In this document: piece after piece, positions 39,260 through 50,919 of the stretch
Numbering within the stretch: position 1 is the first letter of the stretch
Layout of the letters: each line of letters opens with the position of its first letter
Assembly (NCBI GenBank): GCA_965649225.1
Contig: CBFGJX010000016.1
Coordinates: forward strand, 1-62,169
Reading direction: 5' to 3'
DNA length: 62,169 nucleotides
Source: a candidate division WOR-3 bacterium
Lineage (GTDB): Bacteria > Hydrothermota > Tepidihabitantia > Tepidihabitantales > Tepidihabitantaceae
Translations under genes and position numbers: made by a program
The notes under the pieces: generated by a model
Database searches by the model: none
What the model was told of the DNA's origin: nothing
Seen by the model: only the letters and a program-made list of their open reading frames with translations

Positions 39260-39324
39260 AATCACCAGCTTAGGCGGCCCGCAACCCGGGTCAAGTTGCG
39301 GGCCGCAGATACAGTCTCGTCCGG

Positions 39325-40920
39325 TCAGTCGGTAATGATTGCCTTGGCGGTGGTAGTTTGTTCGCCGTCGGCGAGCCGGACGAGATAGATGCCGGCCTGG
39401 ACGCGCGCGCCGGACTCGGTTCGGCCGTCCCAGACCAATTCTTGACGGTTGTCGGCCGCGAGGCTGCGCACGGCCCGACCGGTGGCGTCGTAGATGGTCA
39501 CGAGCGCGCCGGTGCGGGCCGGCGAGGAGAAGCTAATCTTCAACGGCGGCCTGCCGGGTGCGGGCGTGACTGCGGTGAGTCGTGCCGGTCGGGCCGGCCG
39601 CGCCGGTTCGGCGATGCCGGTGGGCAACTGGGCGCCGGCGAGCTTGGCAATTGTCGCAACCGCGGCGCGAATCGCTTCGGTGGCCATCGGAACATTGTTG
39701 GTGCCGCAGTTGACGTAGTAGAGCGGGCCGACCGTGTCGCCGAGAGTGTGATACATCGGCGTGAAGTCGCGTTCGATGCCGCAGAAGGCGACATAGCCCT
39801 TGCGCCAGAAGGAGTGGTGGTCCGAGTACGGTGCCGAGGTAACGATTGAGCGGCGGGTTTTCAGGCTGGTGTAGGTGCGGGCGTTGGCGATGAAGCTGTC
39901 AACGAGCCAGACACAGTTGGGGTTGGTGTTCTTGCCGATGACCTCGAAGGTGTCGATGTTCTGCCGGCCGTAGGAAATCATGTCGAAGTTGAGCACGGCG
40001 ATGATCGAATCGCCCCGGCGGTAGGCACGGGTGGCGAAGCTGTCCGAGCCGTACAGTCCCTGTTCCTCGCCGGCAAAGCCGATGAACCAGACCGAATAGT
40101 CGAAACTGACATCCTGCAGCACCCGGGCCGCTTCCAGTACGGCCGAGCTGCCGGAGGCGTTGTCGTCCGAGCCCGGGCAGTGGTTGGGCGGGACATCGGA
40201 AGTGTTGTCGACGTGGCCGCAGATGATGTAGATCCGGCGCGGGTTGACGCGGCCGCGCTTGATGCCGATTACGTTGGGGGCATAGGTGGAGCGGAATGTT
40301 TCCAGCCAGGTCGAGTCGCAGCCATAGCCGGCAAAGCGGCTGCGCATCCAGTCCATTGCCCGGCGGCAGGAGTCGGTGGTTGAGTAGCGGGTGTAGAAGG
40401 CGACCAGCCGGTTGATGTTTGCCAGGATCGAGTCAGAGTTGACCCGGTTGACCAGCGCCGAGACCAGACTGTCGTCAACCGCCGGAGCGGCGATTGGACC
40501 CGACCCCGCCCCGGTTACCATCGGTGTCGAGCTGATCTGGCACAGCGAAACCGGCAGGCTGTTGAGAGCGAGAAGCTGCTGTTCGGTGGTTGCCAGCAGC
40601 AGGCCTTTGTCGTCGCGGGTGAGAATCCGGCCGTGGCGGGCCAGTTGCTGCGGTGTGCAGCGGTTGTGAAGGGTAACATAGTAGAGCAACTGGTCGGTCG
40701 CGTCGGCTGCGAGCGGCGTGATAGGGAGCCGGGACGACGCCGCGGCAATCACTCCGGCCGGGCCCCGGGCCAGAATCCAGCCGTCGAACTCATCGAGGAC
40801 GGAAAGTCCGGTCTGCTGCACGACGACGACATCGCCACCGGTGCGGTCAACGCGCACCAGCCATTCGCCCGGCGCGGCGAGTGCCGTCACCGCGGCTACC
40901 AGCAAGATCAACAGTCTCAC
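39325..40920 (-). CDS. M28 family aminopeptidase, secreted, with FlgD-Ig/T9SS-like C-terminal domain
   Basis: GHVD, GSDDNASG, GEEQGL, NFDMI, SDHHSF, YHT; C-terminal IYDATGRAVR...VWDG...GIYLVRL. Confidence 0.92.
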   Translation of the reverse strand: MRLLILLVAAVTALAAPGEWLVRVDRTGGDVVVVQQTGLSVLDEFDGWILARGPAGVIAAASSRLPITPLAADATDQLLYYVTLHNRCTPQQLARHGRILTRDDKGLLLATTEQQLLALNSLPVSLCQISSTPMVTGAGSGPIAAPAVDDSLVSALVNRVNSDSILANINRLVAFYTRYSTTDSCRRAMDWMRSRFAGYGCDSTWLETFRSTYAPNVIGIKRGRVNPRRIYIICGHVDNTSDVPPNHCPGSDDNASGSSAVLEAARVLQDVSFDYSVWFIGFAGEEQGLYGSDSFATRAYRRGDSIIAVLNFDMISYGRQNIDTFEVIGKNTNPNCVWLVDSFIANARTYTSLKTRRSIVTSAPYSDHHSFWRKGYVAFCGIERDFTPMYHTLGDTVGPLYYVNCGTNNVPMATEAIRAAVATIAKLAGAQLPTGIAEPARPARPARLTAVTPAPGRPPLKISFSSPARTGALVTIYDATGRAVRSLAADNRQELVWDGRTESGARVQAGIYLVRLADGEQTTTAKAIITD

Positions 40921-41048
40921 ATCAACTCCTTTGGCGGCCGGCAGTCACGGCCGGACCGCGCTGCTTGATTTCTCCTTGTGCGTTCGGCTCACGCCGACAC
41001 AACTAATATGCTAGGGCGCATTCGCGGCGGCGTCAATCGGCGGGGCAG

Positions 41049-42530
41049 TTACTGCACCGTCAGTCGGGCAGCAGTGCCGACACGGCCGGTCAGCTGCAGC
41101 AGGTAGACTCCCGGCCTGAGTTTGTCAAGATGAAACAGCAGCCGTTCGCCGGCCGGAGCCGCCGGTGACCGGCGCACCTGCCGGCCAGTCGGGTCGAAGA
41201 CCAGCAGGTCGGGCAGCGACCCGTCGCCGGGCCGCGGGCCGCTGACCAGTGTTCTGCCCCGGCAGGGGTTGGGAGTTATGGTCAAGGGCAGCGGCGCGGC
41301 CGGCACCGGCGCGGCGTTCAGGCCGGTGCCAATGACGGAAAAGGAGTCAACCGGCGTCACCACCGTCGCGGCACCGTCATCGAAGAGACAGCGGAAATAG
41401 TGCGTGCCGAGGCCGAAACCGGAGCGGTAGCGGTAGAACAGCACCCAGCTGCCCCAGCCGTGGCGAGTCGGCACCAGATTGAGTGTTTCGCCGTCGACAA
41501 TCAGCGCCCGGCGGCGGGGCAGATTGGTGTCCGGGTCAGAGTAGCTGACACTGAACCAGAATTCGGTTTCGGGTGTACCCTGTGCCGGCAGGACGCGTGG
41601 CCCGCTCAGCTGGGGCGGTGCATTGACGCCGACGACAAAACGGGGCGAGCGGTTGGCATAGAACAGTGCACTGGCGGTGGTATCGCGCAACCGGTTGCCA
41701 CCGATTGGATAGATTGCCTGAGTGTTGGCCGCGACGGTGAGAAAACCGGATTGATTGGGCCACGGGCCGAAGCGCGGGTCGCCGGCAAAAGAAGCAATCG
41801 GGCAGCGCAGGCTGAGCCGGTTGCCGCTGGTTGCGGCCTCGGCGTCGGCAACGCGCTCGTACGAATTGGCGTAGCGGTTGATGGCATAGAGTCCGGTGGT
41901 GTAGACGCCGGGGATGCTGGCATAGCTCAGTGCGAAGGCCCAGGTGTCGGACCGCGCTTCGGGATTGACGAAGCCGATCGAGTAGATGTACCAGGGCTGG
42001 GGGAAAGTATAGGTCGGCCAGGATGTGTGGTTGTTGGTCAGTGCCGCGTAGAAGTGTGATGCCGAGTAGCCGACAAAGGCGCCAGTCAGGTCGAGCCAGG
42101 GCCCTTCGGGGTCGCTGGCGTCGCCGGCCGGCTCGTCGGCAGTGGCGGCGAGCAGACCAGCCGCGGGCGGCCACTGGTTTTCGGTATTGAACGGTGACTG
42201 GGTTGACCAGTTGCTGCCGCTGGATGCACGGACATAGTAGCGGACACTGCCGCTGGCAGGTGCGATGAGAAGACCGGTGAAGGTGCTTTCGTAGCCGGGC
42301 TGGGCGGCGCGCCCAAGCTCCAGCCGCTGCCAGGTTGTGGCGGTGTCGCCTGCCCAGAACAGGGTGGCAGTTGTCGTCCCGGCCGCGGGCGGCTGGGAGC
42401 AGTCGGCATTGATTTCGACTGGCTGGCCCGGGCGGGCGGCCGAATTGCAGACATCGGTGATTACCGGTGCCGACAGGGCAGCGGCAACCACCGGCACAAG
42501 CAGCAGCATCTGAACCCTCTGCCCGGGCAC
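41049..42530 (-). CDS. Secreted protein with T9SS type-A-like C-terminal domain
   Basis: Signal peptide; C-terminal ITPNP...VFDPTGRQV...LRPGVYLLQL. Confidence 0.75.
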   Translation of the reverse strand: MPGQRVQMLLLVPVVAAALSAPVITDVCNSAARPGQPVEINADCSQPPAAGTTTATLFWAGDTATTWQRLELGRAAQPGYESTFTGLLIAPASGSVRYYVRASSGSNWSTQSPFNTENQWPPAAGLLAATADEPAGDASDPEGPWLDLTGAFVGYSASHFYAALTNNHTSWPTYTFPQPWYIYSIGFVNPEARSDTWAFALSYASIPGVYTTGLYAINRYANSYERVADAEAATSGNRLSLRCPIASFAGDPRFGPWPNQSGFLTVAANTQAIYPIGGNRLRDTTASALFYANRSPRFVVGVNAPPQLSGPRVLPAQGTPETEFWFSVSYSDPDTNLPRRRALIVDGETLNLVPTRHGWGSWVLFYRYRSGFGLGTHYFRCLFDDGAATVVTPVDSFSVIGTGLNAAPVPAAPLPLTITPNPCRGRTLVSGPRPGDGSLPDLLVFDPTGRQVRRSPAAPAGERLLFHLDKLRPGVYLLQLTGRVGTAARLTVQ

Positions 42531-42639
42531 GAACCAGCATAGCCCCGCCGGTCAGGCGGTCAACAGTGAATTGACAATCGTCGGCAGGACACTATGCTGT
42601 GCCGTCCCGCACAGCGATCCACACAGTGAAAGGAGTTCT

Positions 42640-43188
42640 GTGGCTAGAATCATGCTCACCATGACCCTGATGCTGGCACTGCTTGCCGGTGCCGGCTGCG
42701 GGTCGAAGAAAGGCGAAACCGCCAAGGGTCCGGCGTTCCCGGAAGAGGCCCTGAAACCATTGACCGACGAGGAGATTACCCGTTTCGTCCAGGCCGTTCC
42801 TTCGGTGACGGCAGCGCTGCAGGCGGCCGGGTATCACAGTCCTGACCTCGGCCAGGATGCCCATATCGTCACGGTTATCACCAGCATTGCCGACGGAATG
42901 AAGGATGTGGCAGGACTGAACGAGACTCTCGCCAATGCCGGCACCAACTGGCAGGATTTCCGCGGCACCCTGCTGCGGGTACTGGCGGCGTCGGCGGCGC
43001 TGAATGCCGATATGGTCAGCCAGATGATGGCCGGCATGGCCCAGAACGACACCAGCGCCCAGTTCAAGGAAGCGACAAGGAGAGTCGAAGAACTCAAGAA
43101 CGCCTGCGCCGGAGTTCCGGCCGAGAACAAGCAGATGATTAATACCCGGTCCGACGATTTGAAGGTAATCGAAGGACTCGTCCAGTAA
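42640..43188 (+). CDS. Hypothetical lipoprotein
   Basis: GTG after AAGGAG; lipobox-like AGAGC. Confidence 0.7.
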   Translation: MARIMLTMTLMLALLAGAGCGSKKGETAKGPAFPEEALKPLTDEEITRFVQAVPSVTAALQAAGYHSPDLGQDAHIVTVITSIADGMKDVAGLNETLANAGTNWQDFRGTLLRVLAASAALNADMVSQMMAGMAQNDTSAQFKEATRRVEELKNACAGVPAENKQMINTRSDDLKVIEGLVQ

Positions 43189-43407
43189 CCTGACCGGTTT
43201 TTGCGTGCGGGGCTGTAATGCCCCGCACGCGGCTTATTGACGACAACGATTTTATAAGCTGTAACTTAGCATTGTAGTGTGCATAATGGGGTAGACACCA
43301 TTTCGAAATGGCATCGGTGGCTTGGTACTGTTGGTAGAGCAACGGGCGGTCGGTGGTTTTGGTCTATAATGATTGTACATCCGTAACCCTCAGGAAAGGC
43401 TGGTTGA

Positions 43408-44406
<999 letters not shown>

Positions 44407-44435
44407 GGCCAAAGCCGAAACAGTCAGTACCGGGT

Positions 44436-45395
44436 GTGAAGCGTAACTCTCCGGTCGCCGAACGTCCGCCCCGGCCGGGTGCGGCCGAGCGCAGTTTCAT
44501 CCGGCAGGTCGAGATCCGCACCCGCCGGCTGGTCAACACGCTGTTTTCGGGCGATTACAAGTCCAGCTTCAAGGGCCGCGGCATCGAGTTTCTCGACGTG
44601 CGCGAGTACCAGCCCGGGGATGACGTGCGCACGATTGACTGGAAGGTTACCGCCCGGCTGGCGACACCGCAGCCCGGGACCGAGTTCGGCCGGCCCTACG
44701 TCAAGAAGTTCGCCGAGGAGCGCGAGCTGGTCGTACTGCTGGCGGTGGATGCGTCGGGCTCGGGCCGGTTCGGCACGCGGCGCCAGTTCAAGCTCGAACA
44801 GGCGGCTCAGGTTGCGGCGACGCTGGCCTTTTCGGCCATCCGCAACAACGACAAGGTCGGGCTGCTGTTTTTCTCCGACAAGGTCGAGAAGTACGTGCCG
44901 CCGCGCAAGGGTCGGGCCCACGTGCTGCGGCTGGTGCGCGACATTCTCTATTTCCAACCCGAACGGTCCGGCACTGACCCGGTGCAGGCGCTGGAGTTCG
45001 TGATGCACGTGCTCAAACGCCGGGCGATAGTGTTCTTCATTTCGGACTTTATCGGGCCGGCGTTCCGCAGCGCGCACCTGCGGACGCCGCTGGGTGTGGC
45101 CGCGCGCAAGCACGATGTCGTCGCGATATCGGTCAATGACCCGGCCGAGGTCGAGCTGCCGGCGCTCGGTCTGGTCGAGATGGAAGATGCCGAGACCGGC
45201 CGGCAGGAGCTGGTGGACACGCGTGCGCCGGCGCTGCGCCGGCAGTTCCGCGAGTTCCGCCGGCAGCAGGTTGAAGAAGTGCGGCGGCTGCTGCGTCAGC
45301 TTGGGGTTGACCATATCGCGCTTTCGACCGACGAAGACTTCACCGCCAAGCTCCACAGTTTCTTCCAGCAGCGGGCACGGCGCTACCGGGGATGA
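44436..45395 (+). CDS. DUF58 domain protein
   Basis: GRGIEF..VREYQPGDDVRTIDWKVTAR, VDASGS, ISDF. Confidence 0.93.
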   Translation: MKRNSPVAERPPRPGAAERSFIRQVEIRTRRLVNTLFSGDYKSSFKGRGIEFLDVREYQPGDDVRTIDWKVTARLATPQPGTEFGRPYVKKFAEERELVVLLAVDASGSGRFGTRRQFKLEQAAQVAATLAFSAIRNNDKVGLLFFSDKVEKYVPPRKGRAHVLRLVRDILYFQPERSGTDPVQALEFVMHVLKRRAIVFFISDFIGPAFRSAHLRTPLGVAARKHDVVAISVNDPAEVELPALGLVEMEDAETGRQELVDTRAPALRRQFREFRRQQVEEVRRLLRQLGVDHIALSTDEDFTAKLHSFFQQRARRYRG

Positions 45396-46447
45396 GGGGT
45401 CACCGAAGAGCGACAGCAGTCAGAATGCGAACGCTCGGCGTCATCGGCGTACTGGTGGCGATCGTTGCGGCGCAGGACAGCCTGAGTGCGCCCGACAGCT
45501 CCCCGGGCCAGCGGCTGCGGATTGTCAACGACGGGCCGGTGCGCGTCAGTGCCAGGCTGATGCCCCGGCGCGGCCGGCTGACGGTTGGCGACCAGTTTGG
45601 GGTCGAGCTGACCGTGCGCCGACTGCGGAACTACCGCGCGTCGCAGCCGTTTCTGCCCGACCCGGGGCGGTTCGTCGAACTGAACAGAAAGACCGTGACT
45701 CGCTATGCCGGCGACACAATCATCGACCGGCATACCCTGAAGCTGGCGGCATTTGCCCCGGGCGAGATTCACCTGCCGCCATATGTCGTGACCTGGCAGG
45801 GCGACACGGCGGTCTACGCGTCGGTTTCCGACAGCATTCCCATCAAAGTCGAAAGCGTCCTGCCCGACTCGATGACCGACATCAACGACCTCAAGCCGCA
45901 GGTGCAGTATCCCAATCTGGTGCCGCTTTTCGTTCTGCTCGGACTCGCAGCGGCCGGCGGGCTGGTCTGGCTGGGTCTGCGGCTCTACCGGCGTTACCGC
46001 CGCATCCGGCTTTACGGTGCTCCGCTGCCCGACCCGTGGGATGAGGCGCTGGCGGCACTCGGTCAGGTGCCGGCCGAGGAGTGGCTCGGAACCGGTCAGT
46101 TCAAGCGCTACTACTACACGCTGTCGGGAATCCTCAAGCGCTATCTGACCCGGCGGTTTGGTTTTCCGGCGATTGACCAGACCACCACCGAAATCACCCG
46201 GGCGATGAAAGTGGCCCGGATACCGGAAAGAGACGGCTTCGGCGAGTTTTTCCGCGCCGCCGATCTGGTGAAGTATGCCAAGCATCTGCCGCCGGCAGCC
46301 GAGGCGGCTGCGGCCATCGAGCGGGCGCGGGAACTGGTGACGCTGACGATGCCGCGGGCAGAAGACCAGTCCGAAGTCCGCAGCGCCAACAGCCAGTCCG
46401 GCACTGGCAATCGCCAGCCAGACGAGGCCGGCAAACAGTCATCATGA
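45392..46447 (+). CDS. Bat operon membrane protein (DUF4381-like)
   Basis: Between DUF58 and batA; DINDLKP + TM; QTTTEI, ADLVKYAK. Confidence 0.75.
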   Translation: MRGHRRATAVRMRTLGVIGVLVAIVAAQDSLSAPDSSPGQRLRIVNDGPVRVSARLMPRRGRLTVGDQFGVELTVRRLRNYRASQPFLPDPGRFVELNRKTVTRYAGDTIIDRHTLKLAAFAPGEIHLPPYVVTWQGDTAVYASVSDSIPIKVESVLPDSMTDINDLKPQVQYPNLVPLFVLLGLAAAGGLVWLGLRLYRRYRRIRLYGAPLPDPWDEALAALGQVPAEEWLGTGQFKRYYYTLSGILKRYLTRRFGFPAIDQTTTEITRAMKVARIPERDGFGEFFRAADLVKYAKHLPPAAEAAAAIERARELVTLTMPRAEDQSEVRSANSQSGTGNRQPDEAGKQSS

Positions 46448-47418
46448 GATACGCTGACCCGGGCTTTTTCGCATTGCTGGCGGTGGTGCCAGTGTTTGTC
46501 TGGTGGTCGCTGGTCAAGCGGCGGGGCGCGCTGCGCTACAGTGACCTGTCGTTTCTGGCCGGCACGGTGAACCGGGGGCGGTGGCTGCGACTGATACCGC
46601 TGACGCTGTATTCGCTGGCGATGCTCGCGATGGTATTTGCCCTGGCCCGACCCCAGCGCGGCCGTCAGTTCACCGAGGTCGAGACCAGAGGAATCGACAT
46701 AATGCTCTGTCTTGATATTTCCGGCTCGATGCAGGCCGAGGACTTTTCGCCGCGCAACCGGCTGGCAGTGGCAAAGGCCCGGGCGCGCGAGTTTATCGAA
46801 AAACGGGCCGGTGACCGCATCGGGCTGGTCGTGTTTTCGGCAACGAGCCTGACCCAGTGTCCGCCGACGCTGGACCGCAACGTGCTCGGGCAGCTCATCG
46901 ACCGGGTGGATTTCGGTATGCTCGAGGACGGTACCGCGATCGGCATGGGGCTGGCCAGTGCGGTGGCCCGGCTGAAGGATTCCAAGGCGAAGGACCGGGT
47001 GATCATTCTGCTGACCGACGGCGTGAACAACGCCGGCGACATTGACCCGATAACCGCGGCACAGACCGCAGCCGCGCTCGGTATCAAGGTCTATACGATC
47101 GGGGTCGGCTCGAAGGGGCCGGTGCCGTTTCCGGTCGACGACCCGATATTCGGCCGACGCTACATCCAGGCTGAGGTTGACCTTGATACCGGAACACTGG
47201 AGCAGATTGCTGCAATCACCGGCGGCCGGTCGTTTCTGGCCACCGACGCCGAGGGGTTGAAGCAGGTTTATGACGAGATTGACCGGATGGAGCCAACAAC
47301 CTTCAAAGTCAAGCAACATACCATCTACAACGAGCTTGCCGGCCGGCCGCTGTTTCTGGCGCTGGTATTCTTAGCTGCCGCTCTCGCTGCCGCCGCGCTG
47401 CTGGGGAGGCTGCCGTGA
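46444..47418 (+). CDS. batA: BatA VWA domain protein
   Basis: DISGSM MIDAS, GTAIG, LLTDG. Confidence 0.88.
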   Translation: MRYADPGFFALLAVVPVFVWWSLVKRRGALRYSDLSFLAGTVNRGRWLRLIPLTLYSLAMLAMVFALARPQRGRQFTEVETRGIDIMLCLDISGSMQAEDFSPRNRLAVAKARAREFIEKRAGDRIGLVVFSATSLTQCPPTLDRNVLGQLIDRVDFGMLEDGTAIGMGLASAVARLKDSKAKDRVIILLTDGVNNAGDIDPITAAQTAAALGIKVYTIGVGSKGPVPFPVDDPIFGRRYIQAEVDLDTGTLEQIAAITGGRSFLATDAEGLKQVYDEIDRMEPTTFKVKQHTIYNELAGRPLFLALVFLAAALAAAALLGRLP

Positions 47419-48479
47419 TCCGCTGGGGCGAACCGGCTTATCTCTGGCTGCTGGTGGCGGTGCCGGTACTGGTGGCTGGCCTGCTGCTGCTCGGTCTGCT
47501 CAAGCGTCGCCGGCTGGGCCGGGCAGTGGATTCGCACCTTGCCGCCAGTCTGACCGGTACGGTCGCGCCGGGACTGGTCCGGCTCAAGCGGCTGTTGCTG
47601 GTCGGCGCCCTGACGCTGCTGATTGTCGCGGCGGCGCGGCCGAAGTGGGGCGAGCGGCTGCAGCTTTACCGGGGCCGGGGCATTGATGTGGTAATCGCGC
47701 TGGACGCTTCCAAGTCAATGCTGGCCGAGGATGTCAAGCCCAGCCGGCTGCAGCGGGCGAAAACCGAACTGGCCGGGCTGATTGACGGGCTGGCCGGCAA
47801 CAATATCGGGATCGTTGCGTTTGCCGGCGAGGCCTATGTGATGTGCCCGCTGACCGCCGACGCCGGCTCGGCCCGGATGTTTCTGGACATCATTGATCCG
47901 GCGACGATGCCGGTGCCGGGTACTGATTTCGGCCGGGCAATCGACCGGGCACTGGAACTGTTCAACCCCAAGGAGCCGACGCACAAGGCACTGATTCTGG
48001 TTACCGACGGCGAGGACCTCGGCCGCAATACCGCCCAGGCAGTGGAGCGCGCGGCGGCGACCGGGCTGGTCATTTTTCCGGTGGCATTTGCCAGTGCCGA
48101 GGGTGGGCCGATACCGGAGTACGACGAGCGCGGTAATCTGCAAAGCTACAAGAAAGACAAGGACGGCAGGGTCGTAATGTCGCGGATGGATGAGCGGCAG
48201 TTGATTGCGATTGCTCAGGCCACCGGCGGTCGGTTTCTGCGGGTCGAAGGGTTTTCTTCCGAGCGGCTGCTGGCCGAACTGGGGCGCATCCGGCAGAAGG
48301 AGCTGACCGGTGGCCGGTACGCCGATTACGTGGAACGCTACCAGTGGTTTCTCGGTGCCGCGCTGGTGCTGCTGCTGGCCGGGCTGGGACTTTCCGACCG
48401 CCGGGGCCGCTGGGTTGACCCGGCCGCGCTGCGGCTGCCGACACTGCGGCGGAGGAGGAGCAGTGAACCGCAGAGCTGA
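47415..48479 (+). CDS. batB: BatB VWA domain protein
   Basis: DASKSM, PSRL, PLTAD, VTDGED. Confidence 0.88.
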   Translation: MIRWGEPAYLWLLVAVPVLVAGLLLLGLLKRRRLGRAVDSHLAASLTGTVAPGLVRLKRLLLVGALTLLIVAAARPKWGERLQLYRGRGIDVVIALDASKSMLAEDVKPSRLQRAKTELAGLIDGLAGNNIGIVAFAGEAYVMCPLTADAGSARMFLDIIDPATMPVPGTDFGRAIDRALELFNPKEPTHKALILVTDGEDLGRNTAQAVERAAATGLVIFPVAFASAEGGPIPEYDERGNLQSYKKDKDGRVVMSRMDERQLIAIAQATGGRFLRVEGFSSERLLAELGRIRQKELTGGRYADYVERYQWFLGAALVLLLAGLGLSDRRGRWVDPAALRLPTLRRRRSSEPQS

Positions 48480-49146
48480 CAAGAGGTTTCGCGCTCTCTG
48501 GCTGACGGGCGTGCTTTTCGGACTCTGGAGCCTCGTTGGCAGTTCAACTGCCTGGGCCCGGGCCGATGTTGGCAGTCTGATGCGGCAGGGCAACAGTCTC
48601 TATGCCCGGGGCAAGTACGAGGAGGCGCTGGCCCGTTATGGCATGGCCGAGCTGCTTGAGCCCGATGCGTCCGGAATCCGGTTCAACAAGGCCAGCGCAC
48701 TCTATCGGCTCGGCCGTTATCCCGAGGCGCTGCGAGAGCTGGAACTGGCGGCACTGGACCGCCGGCCTTCCCGCCGGGCCGCAGCGCTTTATAATAGCGG
48801 CAATGTGTTGTTTCGTGCCGGCCAGCTCGATGGGGCGGTACGGGCCTACACCGCCGCCCTGCTGGTCAACCCGAAAGACCGCCAGGCCAAACAGAATCTC
48901 GAGTACTGCCTGCGCAAGATTCAGGAACAGCAGAACCAGCAGAGCCAGCAGAATCAGCAACACCAGCAGCAACAACAGCCCCAGCAACATCAGCAGCAAC
49001 AACAACAGCAGCAGCCCCAGCCTCGGTCGGGAATGGACAAAGAGCAGGCCGAGCGGATACTGCAGGCCGTGCAAAACAAAGAGCGCGAGCAGCAGAAGCA
49101 GCAACGCCGGGCGGGCGGGCGCAGACAGGTCGAGCGCGACTGGTAG
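48463..49146 (+). CDS. batC: BatC TPR protein with Gln-rich linker
   Basis: TPR repeats, CAG/CAA Gln tract, C-terminal ERDW; GTG after GGAGGAG. Confidence 0.85.
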   Translation: MNRRADKRFRALWLTGVLFGLWSLVGSSTAWARADVGSLMRQGNSLYARGKYEEALARYGMAELLEPDASGIRFNKASALYRLGRYPEALRELELAALDRRPSRRAAALYNSGNVLFRAGQLDGAVRAYTAALLVNPKDRQAKQNLEYCLRKIQEQQNQQSQQNQQHQQQQQPQQHQQQQQQQQPQPRSGMDKEQAERILQAVQNKEREQQKQQRRAGGRRQVERDW

Positions 49147-49149
49147 CCG

Positions 49150-50919
49150 GTGATGAGCAGACGCCAAGACACCAGGAGCCTGATAGGAATCTTCGGCGCG
49201 GTCATGCTGCTTTGGGCTGGCGCGCATGCCGCCGAGCTGGAGTTCAACGCCAGTGTCGATCGAACCACGGTCGGACTGGGTGAACAGTTTACCCTGACCG
49301 TCACGGTCGCCGGCAGCAATATCGGCAGTGTGCCCCGGCCCCAGTTGCCGCAGCTGGACGACTTCAGCCAGCTTGGCTCGACGCAGTCCCAGTCAACCAG
49401 CATTCAGTTTGTCAATGGACGCGTGTCCCAGCAGCAGACGATCAGTTTCATCTATTTTCTGGCGCCGAAAAAAACCGGCGACCTGGTCATCGGCCCCTGC
49501 CGGCTGGATTTCAAAGGAACCAGCTACCAGACGCAGCCGATAACCATCACGGTCACGCGCGAAAGCTCAGCACCACGGCCACGCACAAGCGGGCCGACAC
49601 AAACCCCGCGCGGCGGCCGGGCAGCGGATTATGTCCGGCTGGCCGCCAGCGCCGACCGCACCAGCGTCTATGTCGGCGAGCAGATTACTGTAACCTACAC
49701 CTTCTACACCCGGGTGCGCATCGGCAACCTCGGAATAAAAGAAGCCCCGGCGTTTGCCGGGTTCTGGTCCGAGCGGTTGTTTGATGCCAAGAACCTGGAT
49801 TATCGCGATGTCGTCTATTCCGGCCAGCGCTACAGTGCGGCAACACTGAAACGGGTGGCACTGTTTCCCACTCAGGCCGGCGAGCTGAAGCTCGACCGGA
49901 TGAGCGTGCAGGGCGAGGTCGTCGTCCCCGGGGGGTTCTTTTTCGAAACAACCGAGCCGTTCGAAGTGAGTTCCGAACCGATTACGGTCAGCGTGAAGCC
50001 ACTGCCTGAGACCGGCCGTCCGGCTGATTTTTGTGGTGGTGTCGGCGAATTCCAGCTGAGTGCAGCGTTGAGCAGTGACAGTTCAGTCGCGGGTGAACCG
50101 GTCACGCTGACGCTGGAAGTTTCTGGCAGTGGCAACATCGGACTGGTCGGAGAGCCGGCGGCGCCGGTGATTGCGGGTGTCAGGGTGCTGACGCCAGAGA
50201 GCCGGCTCGAGACCCGGGTAGTCAACGGCCGCGTGACCGGCAAACGCAGTTTCGCTTGGCCACTTATCCCGCAGGCCGATGGCAGGCTGGTGGTGCCGGA
50301 GCTGACGATGAGTTTCTTTAACCCGAAGACCGCGAGCTACTACACGCTGCGGACGCCGCGGCTTGAGTTTATTGCCAACGGCAGTGCGGCCCGCAGCGCG
50401 GCGCTGCCCGAGCCGGCGGCCGCCCGGAGCTTTGGTTCTGACATTCGCCATATCAAGACCGCTGGCCGGTTTGCGCCGGCACGTCCCGGTCCCTGGCCGG
50501 CAGTGTTTTATCCTCTTGGGGTCCTGGCGCTCGTCGCCGGCGCGGTGATGGGCCGGCATCGGCGTCGGCTGGCGGCCGACCGCGGCTATGCCCGTCGGGC
50601 GCGTTCCAGCCGGCTGGTGCGTGCCCGACTGAAAGAGGCGACAACCTTGCTCAAAAACGGCGACCAGCGCGGATTCTACGCGGCGCTGGCAGCTGCGGTT
50701 ACCGGCTATGTCGGCGACCGGTTCAATCTGGAGGCGGCGGGAATGACCAGTGACGAGCTGCGCAGCGAGCTCAGCCGGCGGGGCGTTGACGGCGAGACGG
50801 TCGCGGCCATCCTTGCGGTCATCAGTCAGTGCGACTTTGCCCGGTTTTCGCCCGGGATGGCGCAGTGTGACCCCAACGAGCTGCTGGAGCGGACGCGAAC
50901 GATACTGGAGAAGCTGTGA
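49150..50919 (+). CDS. batD: BatD family protein
   Basis: ASVDRTTVGLGEQF, YVGEQI, GVGEF, SGSGNI. Confidence 0.88.
   Translation: MMSRRQDTRSLIGIFGAVMLLWAGAHAAELEFNASVDRTTVGLGEQFTLTVTVAGSNIGSVPRPQLPQLDDFSQLGSTQSQSTSIQFVNGRVSQQQTISFIYFLAPKKTGDLVIGPCRLDFKGTSYQTQPITITVTRESSAPRPRTSGPTQTPRGGRAADYVRLAASADRTSVYVGEQITVTYTFYTRVRIGNLGIKEAPAFAGFWSERLFDAKNLDYRDVVYSGQRYSAATLKRVALFPTQAGELKLDRMSVQGEVVVPGGFFFETTEPFEVSSEPITVSVKPLPETGRPADFCGGVGEFQLSAALSSDSSVAGEPVTLTLEVSGSGNIGLVGEPAAPVIAGVRVLTPESRLETRVVNGRVTGKRSFAWPLIPQADGRLVVPELTMSFFNPKTASYYTLRTPRLEFIANGSAARSAALPEPAAARSFGSDIRHIKTAGRFAPARPGPWPAVFYPLGVLALVAGAVMGRHRRRLAADRGYARRARSSRLVRARLKEATTLLKNGDQRGFYAALAAAVTGYVGDRFNLEAAGMTSDELRSELSRRGVDGETVAAILAVISQCDFARFSPGMAQCDPNELLERTRTILEKL

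Noticed and set aside
43261..43305. AGTGTGCATAA resembling the XerC arm of dif
   Set aside because: No XerD arm (TTATGTTAAAT) at the 6-bp spacing, and the site is near the origin; more likely promoter DNA for the moxR-bat operon.
48920..49020. CAG/CAA-rich tract
   Set aside because: Encodes the ordinary Gln-rich linker of BatC.
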